Shown one piece after another: positions 16,547 to 24,000 of a stretch of DNA of 24,000 nucleotides. The notes beneath the pieces are model-generated. The model did no database searches. It saw nothing but the letters and a program-made list of their open reading frames with translations, and was not told where the DNA came from. The translations under genes were made by a program, and so were the position numbers. The DNA lies in the NCBI GenBank assembly GCA_964589705.1, contig CAZPUF010000006.1, forward strand, positions 1 to 24,000, in the 5' to 3' direction. How positions within the stretch are numbered: position 1 is the first letter of the stretch; every line of letters starts with the position of its first letter. Source of the stretch: an uncultured Saprospiraceae bacterium (GTDB lineage Bacteria > Bacteroidota > Bacteroidia > Chitinophagales > Saprospiraceae).

Positions 16547-17670
16547 GTCTCGAAATAAGAGAGACACAAAACAAAAAAGAACTTCATCAATTTATTGATT
16601 TCCCCCATGACCTTTATGAAGGGGACTCCTACTATGTGCCAGAGATCTTTATGGCACAAAAAGACTTACTTAATAAGAACAAACATCCTTTTCATAAGCA
16701 AGGAGAGGTCACCTGTTTTCTAGCCTTCGATAACGAGATAATTGTTGGCCGCATAGCCGCTATCAAAAACCCTGGTTATAACGCCTATCATCATTCCAAT
16801 ATTGGTTTTTTTGGTTTCTATGATTATATAGAATCAGCGCAAGTTGCCAAAGCATTATTGGACAGAGTGAAATCTCATTTAGCCAGTGAAAAATATGACA
16901 CTTTAATGGGTCCTGTCAATTTTTCCACGAATGAAACAGCCGCTACCCTAGTAGATGGATTTGATAGTTCTCCACTAATAATGATGACATATAACAAGTC
17001 CTATTATGACAGAATACAAAAAGAGATAGGACTAGAGAAAGAAATGGATTTGTATGCATACTATATGCCTACTGCATCGGTCTCTCAAAAGTCAGTAAAG
17101 ATGTATGACTTGATCCTAGAGCGACTTAAAAGAAAAGGTATCACTTTGAGAAACATTTCCATCAAAAACATCAAGGCAGAGGCTGATGGCATGCATAAGG
17201 TCTACAACAAAGCTTGGGAAAAAAATTGGGGATTTGTACCCATGTCTCGTACAGAAATGGACTTCATGATATCGGAACTCAAAATGATAGCAGATGAACG
17301 GTTCTGTTATATAGCCGAGCACAACGGTGAAGCGATTGGATTTTCCATTTCATTACCAGACATTAATGAGATTTCTAAGGGATTTAAAAAAGGCAGACTA
17401 TTCCCTTTTAATGTTTTTAAATTACTGCTCAAGAAGAAATCTGTATCCAAGGTAAGAATCATAACCATGGGAGTCATTGCTGAATATAGACGATTGGGGA
17501 TAGAAGCACTCTTCTTTGCCAGAAATATAATGACAGCTCAAGAGATTGGATTACACGGAGGAGAAGCCTCTTGGATATTAGAATCCAATGCAGAAATGAT
17601 CGCCTCAGCTGAAAAATTAAATGCCAAGAGATACAAAACGTATCGAATCTATAAGTACGACTTAAGTTAA
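16543..17670 (+). CDS. Two-domain GNAT-family acyltransferase; candidate bacterial ceramide synthase (N-acyltransferase)
   Basis: The start overlaps the spt stop within 'ATGA'. The GNAT core is 'CYIAEHNGEAIGFSISLP...RIITMGVIAEYRRLGIEALFFARNI'. The ceramide synthase role is inferred from its position between spt and the SDR gene. Confidence 0.6.
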   Translation: MSLEIRETQNKKELHQFIDFPHDLYEGDSYYVPEIFMAQKDLLNKNKHPFHKQGEVTCFLAFDNEIIVGRIAAIKNPGYNAYHHSNIGFFGFYDYIESAQVAKALLDRVKSHLASEKYDTLMGPVNFSTNETAATLVDGFDSSPLIMMTYNKSYYDRIQKEIGLEKEMDLYAYYMPTASVSQKSVKMYDLILERLKRKGITLRNISIKNIKAEADGMHKVYNKAWEKNWGFVPMSRTEMDFMISELKMIADERFCYIAEHNGEAIGFSISLPDINEISKGFKKGRLFPFNVFKLLLKKKSVSKVRIITMGVIAEYRRLGIEALFFARNIMTAQEIGLHGGEASWILESNAEMIASAEKLNAKRYKTYRIYKYDLS

Positions 17671-17674
17671 AACT

Positions 17675-18667
17675 ATGGCATCCAAAATATTAATTACTGG
17701 TGCCAACGGATTCCTAGGAAGCTGGCTGGTAGATGAAGCCATAGCCCAAAACCTCCATGTATATGCTGGGGTAAGAAAAACTTCTAACCTTCAATATCTC
17801 AAAGATCCACGAATACATTTTTTTTACTATGACTTCAGCAAAGAGGATCAGCTTAGAGAAAAACTAAGAACTGAGGCTTTTGACTACATCGTCTTGAATG
17901 CTGGATTAACTACAGCAAAGGATCGAGCTACTTATTTTAAAGTCAATGCCAGCTATGTCAGAAAAATCTGCAAAATACTGCTAGAAGAGAAAGTGATTCC
18001 CAAAAAACTGATTTTGATCAGCAGTCTCGCTTCTTATGGACCAGCCAATTATCAAGTTAAGCAAATCTTAGATAGTGACAGTACTCCTCATCCAGTGACA
18101 TGGTATGGGGAGTCTAAGTTGCAAGCAGAACAATTTATACAAGGTTTCCAGATGATACCTTATTTGATATTTAGACCTACAGCGGTTTTTGGTCCCAGAG
18201 ATACGGCAATGGTGGATGTTTTTAAAGCGGCCAAATTAGGTTTATCACCAAAAATAGGAAAAGGAGAAATGGATGCCAGTTTTATCTATGTCAAAGACAT
18301 GGCTAAACTTGTTATAGATGCTGCTACTTCTGAGGCCGAAAGAAAATCATATTTTGTCAGCGATGGAAAGGTCTACCCTATCCATGATTTCAATCAGATG
18401 GTTGGAGATATCCTTGGAAAAAAATTAACAAGGATTACAATTCCATTTTCTATCATGAAGCTAGCTGGCTTTGTAAGTGAAAATATAGGTAAGCTACGAG
18501 GTACTGTTCCTATTCTTAATCGCAATAAAGTCAAAGAATATTTTGCGAGGTCCTTTGCTGTAGATACCGATGACTTAAAAAAAGATTTTAACTTCGCACC
18601 TTCTTATACCTTAAGTGATGGATTAAAGGAGACTATCACCTGGTGTCAGCAGAATAAATTACTATAA
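17675..18667 (+). CDS. NAD(P)-dependent epimerase/dehydratase-family SDR; candidate 3-keto-sphingoid/ceramide reductase
   Basis: Rossmann motif 'ILITGANGFLGSWL' (GxxGxxG). Catalytic YxxxK in 'WYGESKLQAE'. It starts 4 nt after the GNAT stop. Confidence 0.75.
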   Translation: MASKILITGANGFLGSWLVDEAIAQNLHVYAGVRKTSNLQYLKDPRIHFFYYDFSKEDQLREKLRTEAFDYIVLNAGLTTAKDRATYFKVNASYVRKICKILLEEKVIPKKLILISSLASYGPANYQVKQILDSDSTPHPVTWYGESKLQAEQFIQGFQMIPYLIFRPTAVFGPRDTAMVDVFKAAKLGLSPKIGKGEMDASFIYVKDMAKLVIDAATSEAERKSYFVSDGKVYPIHDFNQMVGDILGKKLTRITIPFSIMKLAGFVSENIGKLRGTVPILNRNKVKEYFARSFAVDTDDLKKDFNFAPSYTLSDGLKETITWCQQNKLL

Positions 18668-18679
18668 ACAGTTAACGAA

Positions 18680-20053
18680 ATGGCAGCTAAAAGAACATCA
18701 ACTAAAAAACAGACGACCAAATCCGCAAAACGTGGAAAGAAGACCATGAAAGGATTGGCCACCAAACCAGTTGGCAAACTCGGCATATTGACGCCAGGAA
18801 TGGGTGCGGTAGCAACAACTTTTATAGCTGGTGTGATGGCAATCAATAAAGGCTTAGCAAATCCAGTAGGCTCATTGACTCAGATGGGGCGAATAAGAAT
18901 CGGAAAGAGAACAAAGAAGAAGATACCGATGATTAGTGATGTAGTCCCATTACAAGATTTGGGTAAGGTTGCATTTGGAGGATGGGATATCTTCAAAGAC
19001 AATATGTACGAAGCTGCAGTCCATGCAGATGTACTTGACAAAGCACTTCTAGATAAGCTAAAAACTCCTCTATCCAAGATTAAACCTATGAAGGCTGTCT
19101 TTGATAAGAGTTATGTAAAGAAGCTTAATGGGACCCATGTCAAGAAAGCCAAAACCAAAATGGATCTTGCAAAGGCAGTTATGGCTGATATTAGAAGATT
19201 CAAGAAGGCCAATAATTGTAATCGTCTTGTAATGGTCTGGTGTGGTTCTACCGAAATATATATAGAAGAATCTTCTGTGCATAAAACCATAGAAGCTTTC
19301 GAAAAAGGGCTAATGAAGAACAGCAAGCATATCGCACCTAGTATGATATATGCTTATGCGGCAATAAAGATGGGTATACCTTATGCAAATGGCGCACCTA
19401 ATCTTTCATGTGATGTGCCTGCCTTAGTAGACTTAGCTAAGAAGACTGGAACCCCAATTGCTGGAAAGGATTTCAAAACAGGACAAACCCTAATGAAGAC
19501 TATCTTGGCTCCAGGATTTAAAGCAAGAGCCCTAGGAATCGAAGGTTGGTTCTCTACAAACATATTAGGCAACAGGGATGGAGAAGTCTTAGATGATCCA
19601 GATAATTTTAAAACTAAAGAAGTATCTAAACTGGGTGTATTAGAGCAGATTCTCGAACCAAAATTATACCCTGAACTTTACAAAGATTTTTATCATAAGG
19701 TAAGAATCAATTACTATCCACCTAGAGGTGACAACAAAGAAGGATGGGATAATATAGATATCAAAGGATGGCTGGACTATCCTATGCAGATTAAAGTAGA
19801 TTTCCTTTGTCGTGATTCCATTCTTGCGGCGCCAATTGTCCTTGACTTAGCTATATTTTTAGATTTGGCTAAAAGATCAGGCATGTCAGGCATACAAGAG
19901 TGGTTATCCTTCTATCTCAAATCCCCTCAGGCACCTGCAGGAAGATTCCCAATTCATGACATCTTTAAGCAATTAGCAAAATTGGAAAATACACTTCGAT
20001 ATATCGGTGGTCATGATTTACTTGATTACCTAGGACAAGATTATGAAGCTTAA
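18680..20053 (+). CDS. myo-Inositol-1-phosphate (inositol-3-phosphate) synthase
   Basis: 457 aa. 'GILTPGMGAVATTFIAG' is the NAD-binding N-terminus. 'VMVWCGSTE', 'YANGAPN' and 'GKDFKTGQTLMKTILAPGFKARALGIEGWFSTNILGNRDG' are typical of MIPS. The true start may instead be the ATG at 18746 (see findings). Confidence 0.88.
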   Translation: MAAKRTSTKKQTTKSAKRGKKTMKGLATKPVGKLGILTPGMGAVATTFIAGVMAINKGLANPVGSLTQMGRIRIGKRTKKKIPMISDVVPLQDLGKVAFGGWDIFKDNMYEAAVHADVLDKALLDKLKTPLSKIKPMKAVFDKSYVKKLNGTHVKKAKTKMDLAKAVMADIRRFKKANNCNRLVMVWCGSTEIYIEESSVHKTIEAFEKGLMKNSKHIAPSMIYAYAAIKMGIPYANGAPNLSCDVPALVDLAKKTGTPIAGKDFKTGQTLMKTILAPGFKARALGIEGWFSTNILGNRDGEVLDDPDNFKTKEVSKLGVLEQILEPKLYPELYKDFYHKVRINYYPPRGDNKEGWDNIDIKGWLDYPMQIKVDFLCRDSILAAPIVLDLAIFLDLAKRSGMSGIQEWLSFYLKSPQAPAGRFPIHDIFKQLAKLENTLRYIGGHDLLDYLGQDYEA

Positions 20054-20056
20054 TAG

Positions 20057-20524
20057 ATGATTAAGTTTCACAAAGCCATAGCGACAGTTATAGGCTTAGG
20101 ATATGCGCCTATTGCACCTGGAACCTTCGGTACAATAGGCGCTGTCATTTTCCTTTACTTAGTCTATTTTTTTGGCATATCACTCTCCTCAGCTGTCCTG
20201 ATTGGCATCATAATAATCTCAGCTTTGGTTGGAATATGGAGTACAGATCAAGTTATTCCTGAATGGGGAGATGACCCTTCTAAAGTGGTAATAGATGAGT
20301 TTGTTGGTTATCTCGTCACAATGTTATTTGTTCCGATTCAACCCAAATATATACTAGTAGCATTTATACTATTTCGCTTTTTTGACATTCTTAAGCCACT
20401 TGGTATTAGATACCTTGATAAGAACATAAAGGGTGGAACAGGAGTTATGCTAGATGATGTGCTTGCAGGTATATATGCTTGTGGATGCTTGCATCTAATA
20501 ATTAGATTTGTACCATCATTCTAA
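20057..20524 (+). CDS. PgpA-family phosphatidylglycerophosphatase A; candidate phosphatidylinositol-phosphate phosphatase
   Basis: 'GLGYAPIAPGTFGT', 'VVIDEFVGY', 'FRFFDILKPLGI' and 'GGTGVMLDDVLAGIYA' are hallmark PgpA blocks. It starts 3 nt after the MIPS stop. Confidence 0.85.
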   Translation: MIKFHKAIATVIGLGYAPIAPGTFGTIGAVIFLYLVYFFGISLSSAVLIGIIIISALVGIWSTDQVIPEWGDDPSKVVIDEFVGYLVTMLFVPIQPKYILVAFILFRFFDILKPLGIRYLDKNIKGGTGVMLDDVLAGIYACGCLHLIIRFVPSF

Positions 20525-20533
20525 TCGACTGTC

Positions 20534-20932
20534 ATGACTACCTCACCTAAGGTCCCATTCTGGCAGTCCCTTATCAAATCTCAGTTGGGTTCATTTCTAG
20601 CCACTGTCTTTGATTTCAGTAGTCTTTATATCTTGACCGAGTTTGTTGGAATATACTATGTAGCCTCAGCTGGCATTGCTAGTGGCATAGGGGCGGTGGT
20701 TGGATTTCTGGTGCAGAGATATTGGGCATTCAAACGAACTGAAAAAAATTGGAAATGGCAAGCTGTGAAATATGGATTAGTCAGTCTACTTATTCTGCTG
20801 CTCAATGTGATAGGAATATATCTCTTTACTGAGATGTTGGAATTTCAATATATGATATCCAAAATTATAATTGCTTTCCTTATTGGTATCTTCGTTTCCT
20901 TTCCGCTATTCAGGTACTTCGTATATAATTAG
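20534..20932 (+). CDS. GtrA-family small membrane protein (polyprenyl-/lipid-linked sugar translocation family)
   Basis: 132 aa with four predicted TM helices. 'VGFLVQRYWAFK' matches the GtrA-type RxWxF motif after TM2. Confidence 0.75.
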   Translation: MTTSPKVPFWQSLIKSQLGSFLATVFDFSSLYILTEFVGIYYVASAGIASGIGAVVGFLVQRYWAFKRTEKNWKWQAVKYGLVSLLILLLNVIGIYLFTEMLEFQYMISKIIIAFLIGIFVSFPLFRYFVYN

Positions 20933-20938
20933 TAGAAG

Positions 20939-21952
20939 ATGGAATCTGGAAATCTAATAGGAGGAGACAAAATTAGCATTGTCATGCCAGTTAGGAATGG
21001 ATTACCATATCTAGAAGATTGCTTACAATCAATTTTATCTCAAACTTGGACTGACTGGGAATTAATCATAGTCAATGACCATAGTACAGACAACACCCTT
21101 ACTCTACTACAGGAGATATCATTAAGAGACCAACGTATCCAATGGTACAATAATGAAGAAATTGGAATTACTCCAGCGCTTATCAAGGCAAGCACTTATT
21201 GCACAGGAAATATGATTTCCAGGATGGACGCCGATGATATAATGCCTATAGATAAGTTGGAAAACCTACATCAGCTATTAAAAAATGAAGAACAGGGTAC
21301 CGTAGTAACAGGGATGGTCAAGTACTTTTCTTCAGAAAATTTGGGAGAGGGGTATCGAAAATATGAGGCATGGCTTAATAACTTATCTTCTAAGCAAATA
21401 CATTACAGCGAGATCTATAAGGAATGCTGCGTCGCTTCAGCCAACTGGTTGATGTACATGGATGACTTCGAAAGGTGTGGTGGATTCAATGTCAAAATGT
21501 ATCCTGAAGATTATAGTTTGGTTTTTGAGTGGCGGCGAATGGGCTACAAAATTTTAGCGACCAAACATATAACACATTTATGGAGGGACCACTTAATGAG
21601 AGCTTCGCGAAATGATGACAATTACAAGAACAATACATTCGCACCACTCAAAGTCAGTTACTTTCTAGACCAAGATTGGAATAAGAATAAACAATTGATC
21701 CTATGGGGCGCAGGACCTAAAGGCAAACTAATTGCCAAACAACTAGTCAAAAGAAACATCCTCTTCAGGTGGATATGTAATAACCCTAATAAAATTGGGC
21801 AAAACATTTATAACGTAGAGTTGGAAACAGTTGATATTCTAAAAGCAATACCAAGTAGTCAAGTCATTGTTGCTGTCAGTCAAAGAAAAACAAAAGAAAC
21901 TATTTTAAACACCTTGGAAAATCATAACCATCAAAGCTTCTTCTTTTGCTAA
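20939..21952 (+). CDS. Family 2 (GT-A) glycosyltransferase with a C-terminal Rossmann-like extension
   Basis: 'ISIVMPVRNGLPYLEDCLQSILSQTWTDWELIIVNDHSTDNT' is the GT2 N-terminus. 'RMDADD' is the DxD motif. Residues ~250-337 carry 'LILWGAGPKGKLIAKQL' (GxGxxG), which is not part of a standard GT2 fold. Confidence 0.8.
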   Translation: MESGNLIGGDKISIVMPVRNGLPYLEDCLQSILSQTWTDWELIIVNDHSTDNTLTLLQEISLRDQRIQWYNNEEIGITPALIKASTYCTGNMISRMDADDIMPIDKLENLHQLLKNEEQGTVVTGMVKYFSSENLGEGYRKYEAWLNNLSSKQIHYSEIYKECCVASANWLMYMDDFERCGGFNVKMYPEDYSLVFEWRRMGYKILATKHITHLWRDHLMRASRNDDNYKNNTFAPLKVSYFLDQDWNKNKQLILWGAGPKGKLIAKQLVKRNILFRWICNNPNKIGQNIYNVELETVDILKAIPSSQVIVAVSQRKTKETILNTLENHNHQSFFFC

Positions 21953-22989
21953 TTCTCTTCCTCAAAGAATAACTTATAATATTTTTGTCCAAATTCGTCC
22001 TCCCCTCTCTCAATTTTTGTTCGATCTCCATGTACATAGATGTGAAAATTCTTATCAAGCTTAATGACTGACTTAAATACTTTATTCTTCTTTTTGACTG
22101 CGGCCTCTGAAATGTCAAATTGTGGTTGTAAACCAAAACCTCCATTGAATTGGACTTCACGCTTAAATTCTCCGAAATCATCTACATGTTCTGTCCCCAG
22201 TACCTCTTCTAAGTATTCTTGTTCACTAAACACTTCTCTACCCTTAAAGTAACTTTCGGATGCATTCATCACTGCGATTTCGTCTCCTTTGTCAAAGTCG
22301 TCTGACATCTTTCGCTTTCCTTCTACGTAGTCTTTTGTCAGTTGGATATAATGTTTGGTAAACTGATAATCATCTTCCCTTTCTACAACATTCAAAAAAT
22401 CCTTTGTCCAATAATTTGCTTCAGAAGAACTAGCTTTGTCTATGATACATATCTTGTATCCACTCATTGAATCCGTGTTGAAAATCAAACAACCTTTATC
22501 CAATGTATTAGCAGCTAAGCCTTTCAAAGTGTCTACATTATAATTTTCCTTGTTTTCTATGAGTTGAAGAAAATTGGAAACTGTCTCAGCCTTAAAGATG
22601 CCAACTGCATCTAACATTTCGTCTTCCAATAATAAATCCTTGAAATGGCACATAATGAGTTCTCCTTGCCTAATGTTTGGATGATTCGAATGGAAATATA
22701 AGTATTGGGCAATTTTCTGAGAAATTGGATGGAGCAATGACTGATTGTCAAAAATCTCTCTAGCATACTTATATATTGGATTCTCATCTAAGTCTCCAGA
22801 AGAAAAATGAAACTTGTAAAAAGCAGGTTCTTTAAAGCCACTCAGCAAATACTTGAGCATCAGCTCTTTTGCTAGATCATCCTCAATTGTTACTGGATTA
22901 TTTTTAGTCCTTACTTGGCTTTCATCCTCAACTTTGGCAATGTGATGAATAGAGTATGGAGTAGCCTGAGCACTTATATAGTTAACCAT
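21949..22989 (-). CDS. NdpA/YejK-like nucleoid-associated protein (Bacteroidota type)
   Basis: 346 aa. 'HSNHPNIRQGELIMCHF', 'LDAVGIFKAE', 'LDKGCLIFNTDSMSGYKICIIDK' and 'NYWTKDFLNV' match blocks I recall from Bacteroidota proteins annotated as nucleoid-associated (NA37 family). Its stop overlaps the GT2 stop by 4 nt, and the two genes are convergent. Confidence 0.7.
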   Translation of the reverse strand: MVNYISAQATPYSIHHIAKVEDESQVRTKNNPVTIEDDLAKELMLKYLLSGFKEPAFYKFHFSSGDLDENPIYKYAREIFDNQSLLHPISQKIAQYLYFHSNHPNIRQGELIMCHFKDLLLEDEMLDAVGIFKAETVSNFLQLIENKENYNVDTLKGLAANTLDKGCLIFNTDSMSGYKICIIDKASSSEANYWTKDFLNVVEREDDYQFTKHYIQLTKDYVEGKRKMSDDFDKGDEIAVMNASESYFKGREVFSEQEYLEEVLGTEHVDDFGEFKREVQFNGGFGLQPQFDISEAAVKKKNKVFKSVIKLDKNFHIYVHGDRTKIERGEDEFGQKYYKLFFEEEN

Positions 22990-23093
22990 AGTTTTTTAAG
23001 CTTAGATTGAATTATAAGCGAAACTAGTAACTACGTACAGATTGAATTAAAATACTTTTCCACAGTCTATGAAAAACCGCGTTTGAGCTAAAC

Positions 23094-23579
23094 TCAAGAA
23101 ACCTCAGTATCTACAAAGGGAATATCATTAAGCATAGGCAAATCGATCAATTTATCCTCTTCTTTACCTACACTGAGAAATCCCAAAAAGCCTCCTGATG
23201 CTTTTGCTACGTGTTTTGCAAAAGAACGGTAACTCTTTAAAAGTAGATGTCCCAAATTATTATCTAGTATTGGAAGTATGTTATTGAGCTTGGACAACTG
23301 ACGTATTAATAATTCCTGTCTGTCATTTGTACCTGCAGGCAATTGATCTAATAGATTATTCAAGATTGAAGAAAAGTCTTTCCCCACTTCTTCATAGAAA
23401 GGCGTAAGTTCATTGGGATTATGATAAGATCTGATATGAGCGATTTTCTTAGCCCACTCCGTTTCTTCCTTTTCAATTTCTCCATCAGCACCTGCAATCA
23501 AGATTGTAATCCAAGTGATTGCCTTTTTCGTTACATCAAATTGCTCTTCACTGAGCATCTCAAATCCTTGTATCATCAT
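23094..23579 (-). CDS. Hypothetical cytoplasmic protein (possibly TerB-like helical domain)
   Basis: 161 aa with no signal or TM segment. 'ILIAGADGEIEKEETEWAKKI' resembles the ADGxxxxxE motif of TerB/DjlA-N-type domains. The assignment is weak. Confidence 0.55.
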   Translation of the reverse strand: MMIQGFEMLSEEQFDVTKKAITWITILIAGADGEIEKEETEWAKKIAHIRSYHNPNELTPFYEEVGKDFSSILNNLLDQLPAGTNDRQELLIRQLSKLNNILPILDNNLGHLLLKSYRSFAKHVAKASGGFLGFLSVGKEEDKLIDLPMLNDIPFVDTEVS

Positions 23580-23643
23580 CTAAAATTATTCTTCATAGGA
23601 GGTCAATATATACCACTGTGCATTAAAACGAAAAACTTTAAAC

Positions 23644-23659
23644 TTGGTTGAAAAACCAA
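23644..23659 (-). terminator. Possible weak terminator hairpin downstream of the TonB-dependent receptor gene
   Basis: 'ttggtt gaaa aaccaa' forms a perfect 6-bp stem with a 4-nt loop directly after the stop codon at 23660-23662. On the minus strand it is followed by 'gtttaaagttttt'. The stem is AT-rich and short. Confidence 0.35.
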
Positions 23660-24000
23660 TTAATAATTAAATCTTAAAGCGATTGATGGTATAATTGGTA
23701 ACTGGTCTACCCTTTCGAATCTGATTCTATCAAAGAAGAAGATATTGTTACGGTCATAAACATTTGTTATACTAGCTACTACTTCCAAATTGGCTTTATT
23801 AGACAGATGAAACGTCTTCTGAGCAGATGCATCTAGTCTATGATAGTATGGAAGTCTCCCTCCATTTCTTGTATCTGAAAATATGATACCGATATTGTCA
23901 GGATTATCTGTTTCATAAGTTGTGGATACACCAGGTTCAAATTGATTCAGGTTATAAAAACCTCTAGTTTCTGTAAAAGGAAAGCCACTTCCCAAATTCC
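23660..24000 (-). CDS. TonB-dependent outer-membrane receptor, C-terminal fragment (N-terminus beyond the window end)
   Basis: The frame stays open to position 24000. The C-terminal beta-barrel pattern is 'YYHRLDASAQKTF...LEVVASITNVYDRNNIFF...IPSIALRFNY', with a terminal aromatic residue typical of TBDR/OMP C-termini. Confidence 0.75.
   Translation of the reverse strand, partial: NLGSGFPFTETRGFYNLNQFEPGVSTTYETDNPDNIGIIFSDTRNGGRLPYYHRLDASAQKTFHLSNKANLEVVASITNVYDRNNIFFFDRIRFERVDQLPIIPSIALRFNY

Noticed and set aside
15775-19572. Antisense ORFs within the lipid operon (15775..16104, 16070..16297, 17116..17322, 18646..18846, 18880..19077, 19070..19282, 19111..19326, 19381..19572)
   Set aside because: Each lies opposite a sense gene with strong family motifs, and their translations are low-complexity.
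23004-23049. 11-bp direct repeat 'agattgaatta' (23004-23014 and 23039-23049) upstream of the NdpA-like gene
   Set aside because: It is short and AT-rich with only two copies, so it cannot be distinguished from chance. It could be a regulator site but I cannot support that.
23082-23098. Small hairpin 'tttgag ctaaa ctcaag' overlapping the stop codon of the 23094..23579 gene
   Set aside because: The stem is only 5-6 bp, overlaps the coding end and lacks a convincing U-tract, so it was not called as a terminator.
1-24000. Search for CRISPR arrays, tRNA/rRNA genes, IS elements, integrases, toxin-antitoxin or known phage-defence gene signatures
   Set aside because: No intergenic region exceeds ~160 bp and none shows repeat-spacer structure or tRNA-like cloverleaf potential. 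No ORF has transposase, integrase, nuclease-NTPase or other defence hallmarks that I can recognise. The window looks like core or accessory metabolism rather than a mobile or defence island.

Overview
This is a low-GC, tightly packed chromosomal segment that looks Bacteroidota-like. Supporting signs are lipoprotein signal peptides ending in Cys, a TonB-dependent receptor fragment, an ECF sigma/anti-sigma pair, and repeated TAnnTTTG -7 promoter boxes just upstream of start codons. I support about 30 protein-coding genes. I saw no rRNA, tRNA, CRISPR array, transposase or integrase. Most of the window is housekeeping or accessory metabolism: valS, an ECF sigma pair, an ArsS-type radical SAM protein with its AhpD-like partner, a cysteine-synthase-family enzyme, a THUMP RNA methyltransferase, bshB1, fabH and an NdpA-like nucleoid protein. 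The stand-out is a ten-gene, same-strand, near-gapless operon at about 13.1-21.95 kb. It joins three modules in one unit. The first is an inositol-phospholipid module (CDP-alcohol phosphatidyltransferase, myo-inositol-1-phosphate synthase, PgpA-type phosphatase, and a PAP2 protein with a sphingomyelin/IPC-synthase-like motif). The second is a bacterial ceramide module (serine palmitoyltransferase-like enzyme, GNAT acyltransferase, SDR reductase). The third is a GtrA flippase-like protein plus a GT2 glycosyltransferase carrying an extra Rossmann-like tail. My inference is a pathway to an inositol-phosphoceramide that may be further glycosylated (GIPC-like). The operon also contains a DUF4833-like protein of unknown role. 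All functional calls come from motif reading of the supplied translations and were not checked against any database.
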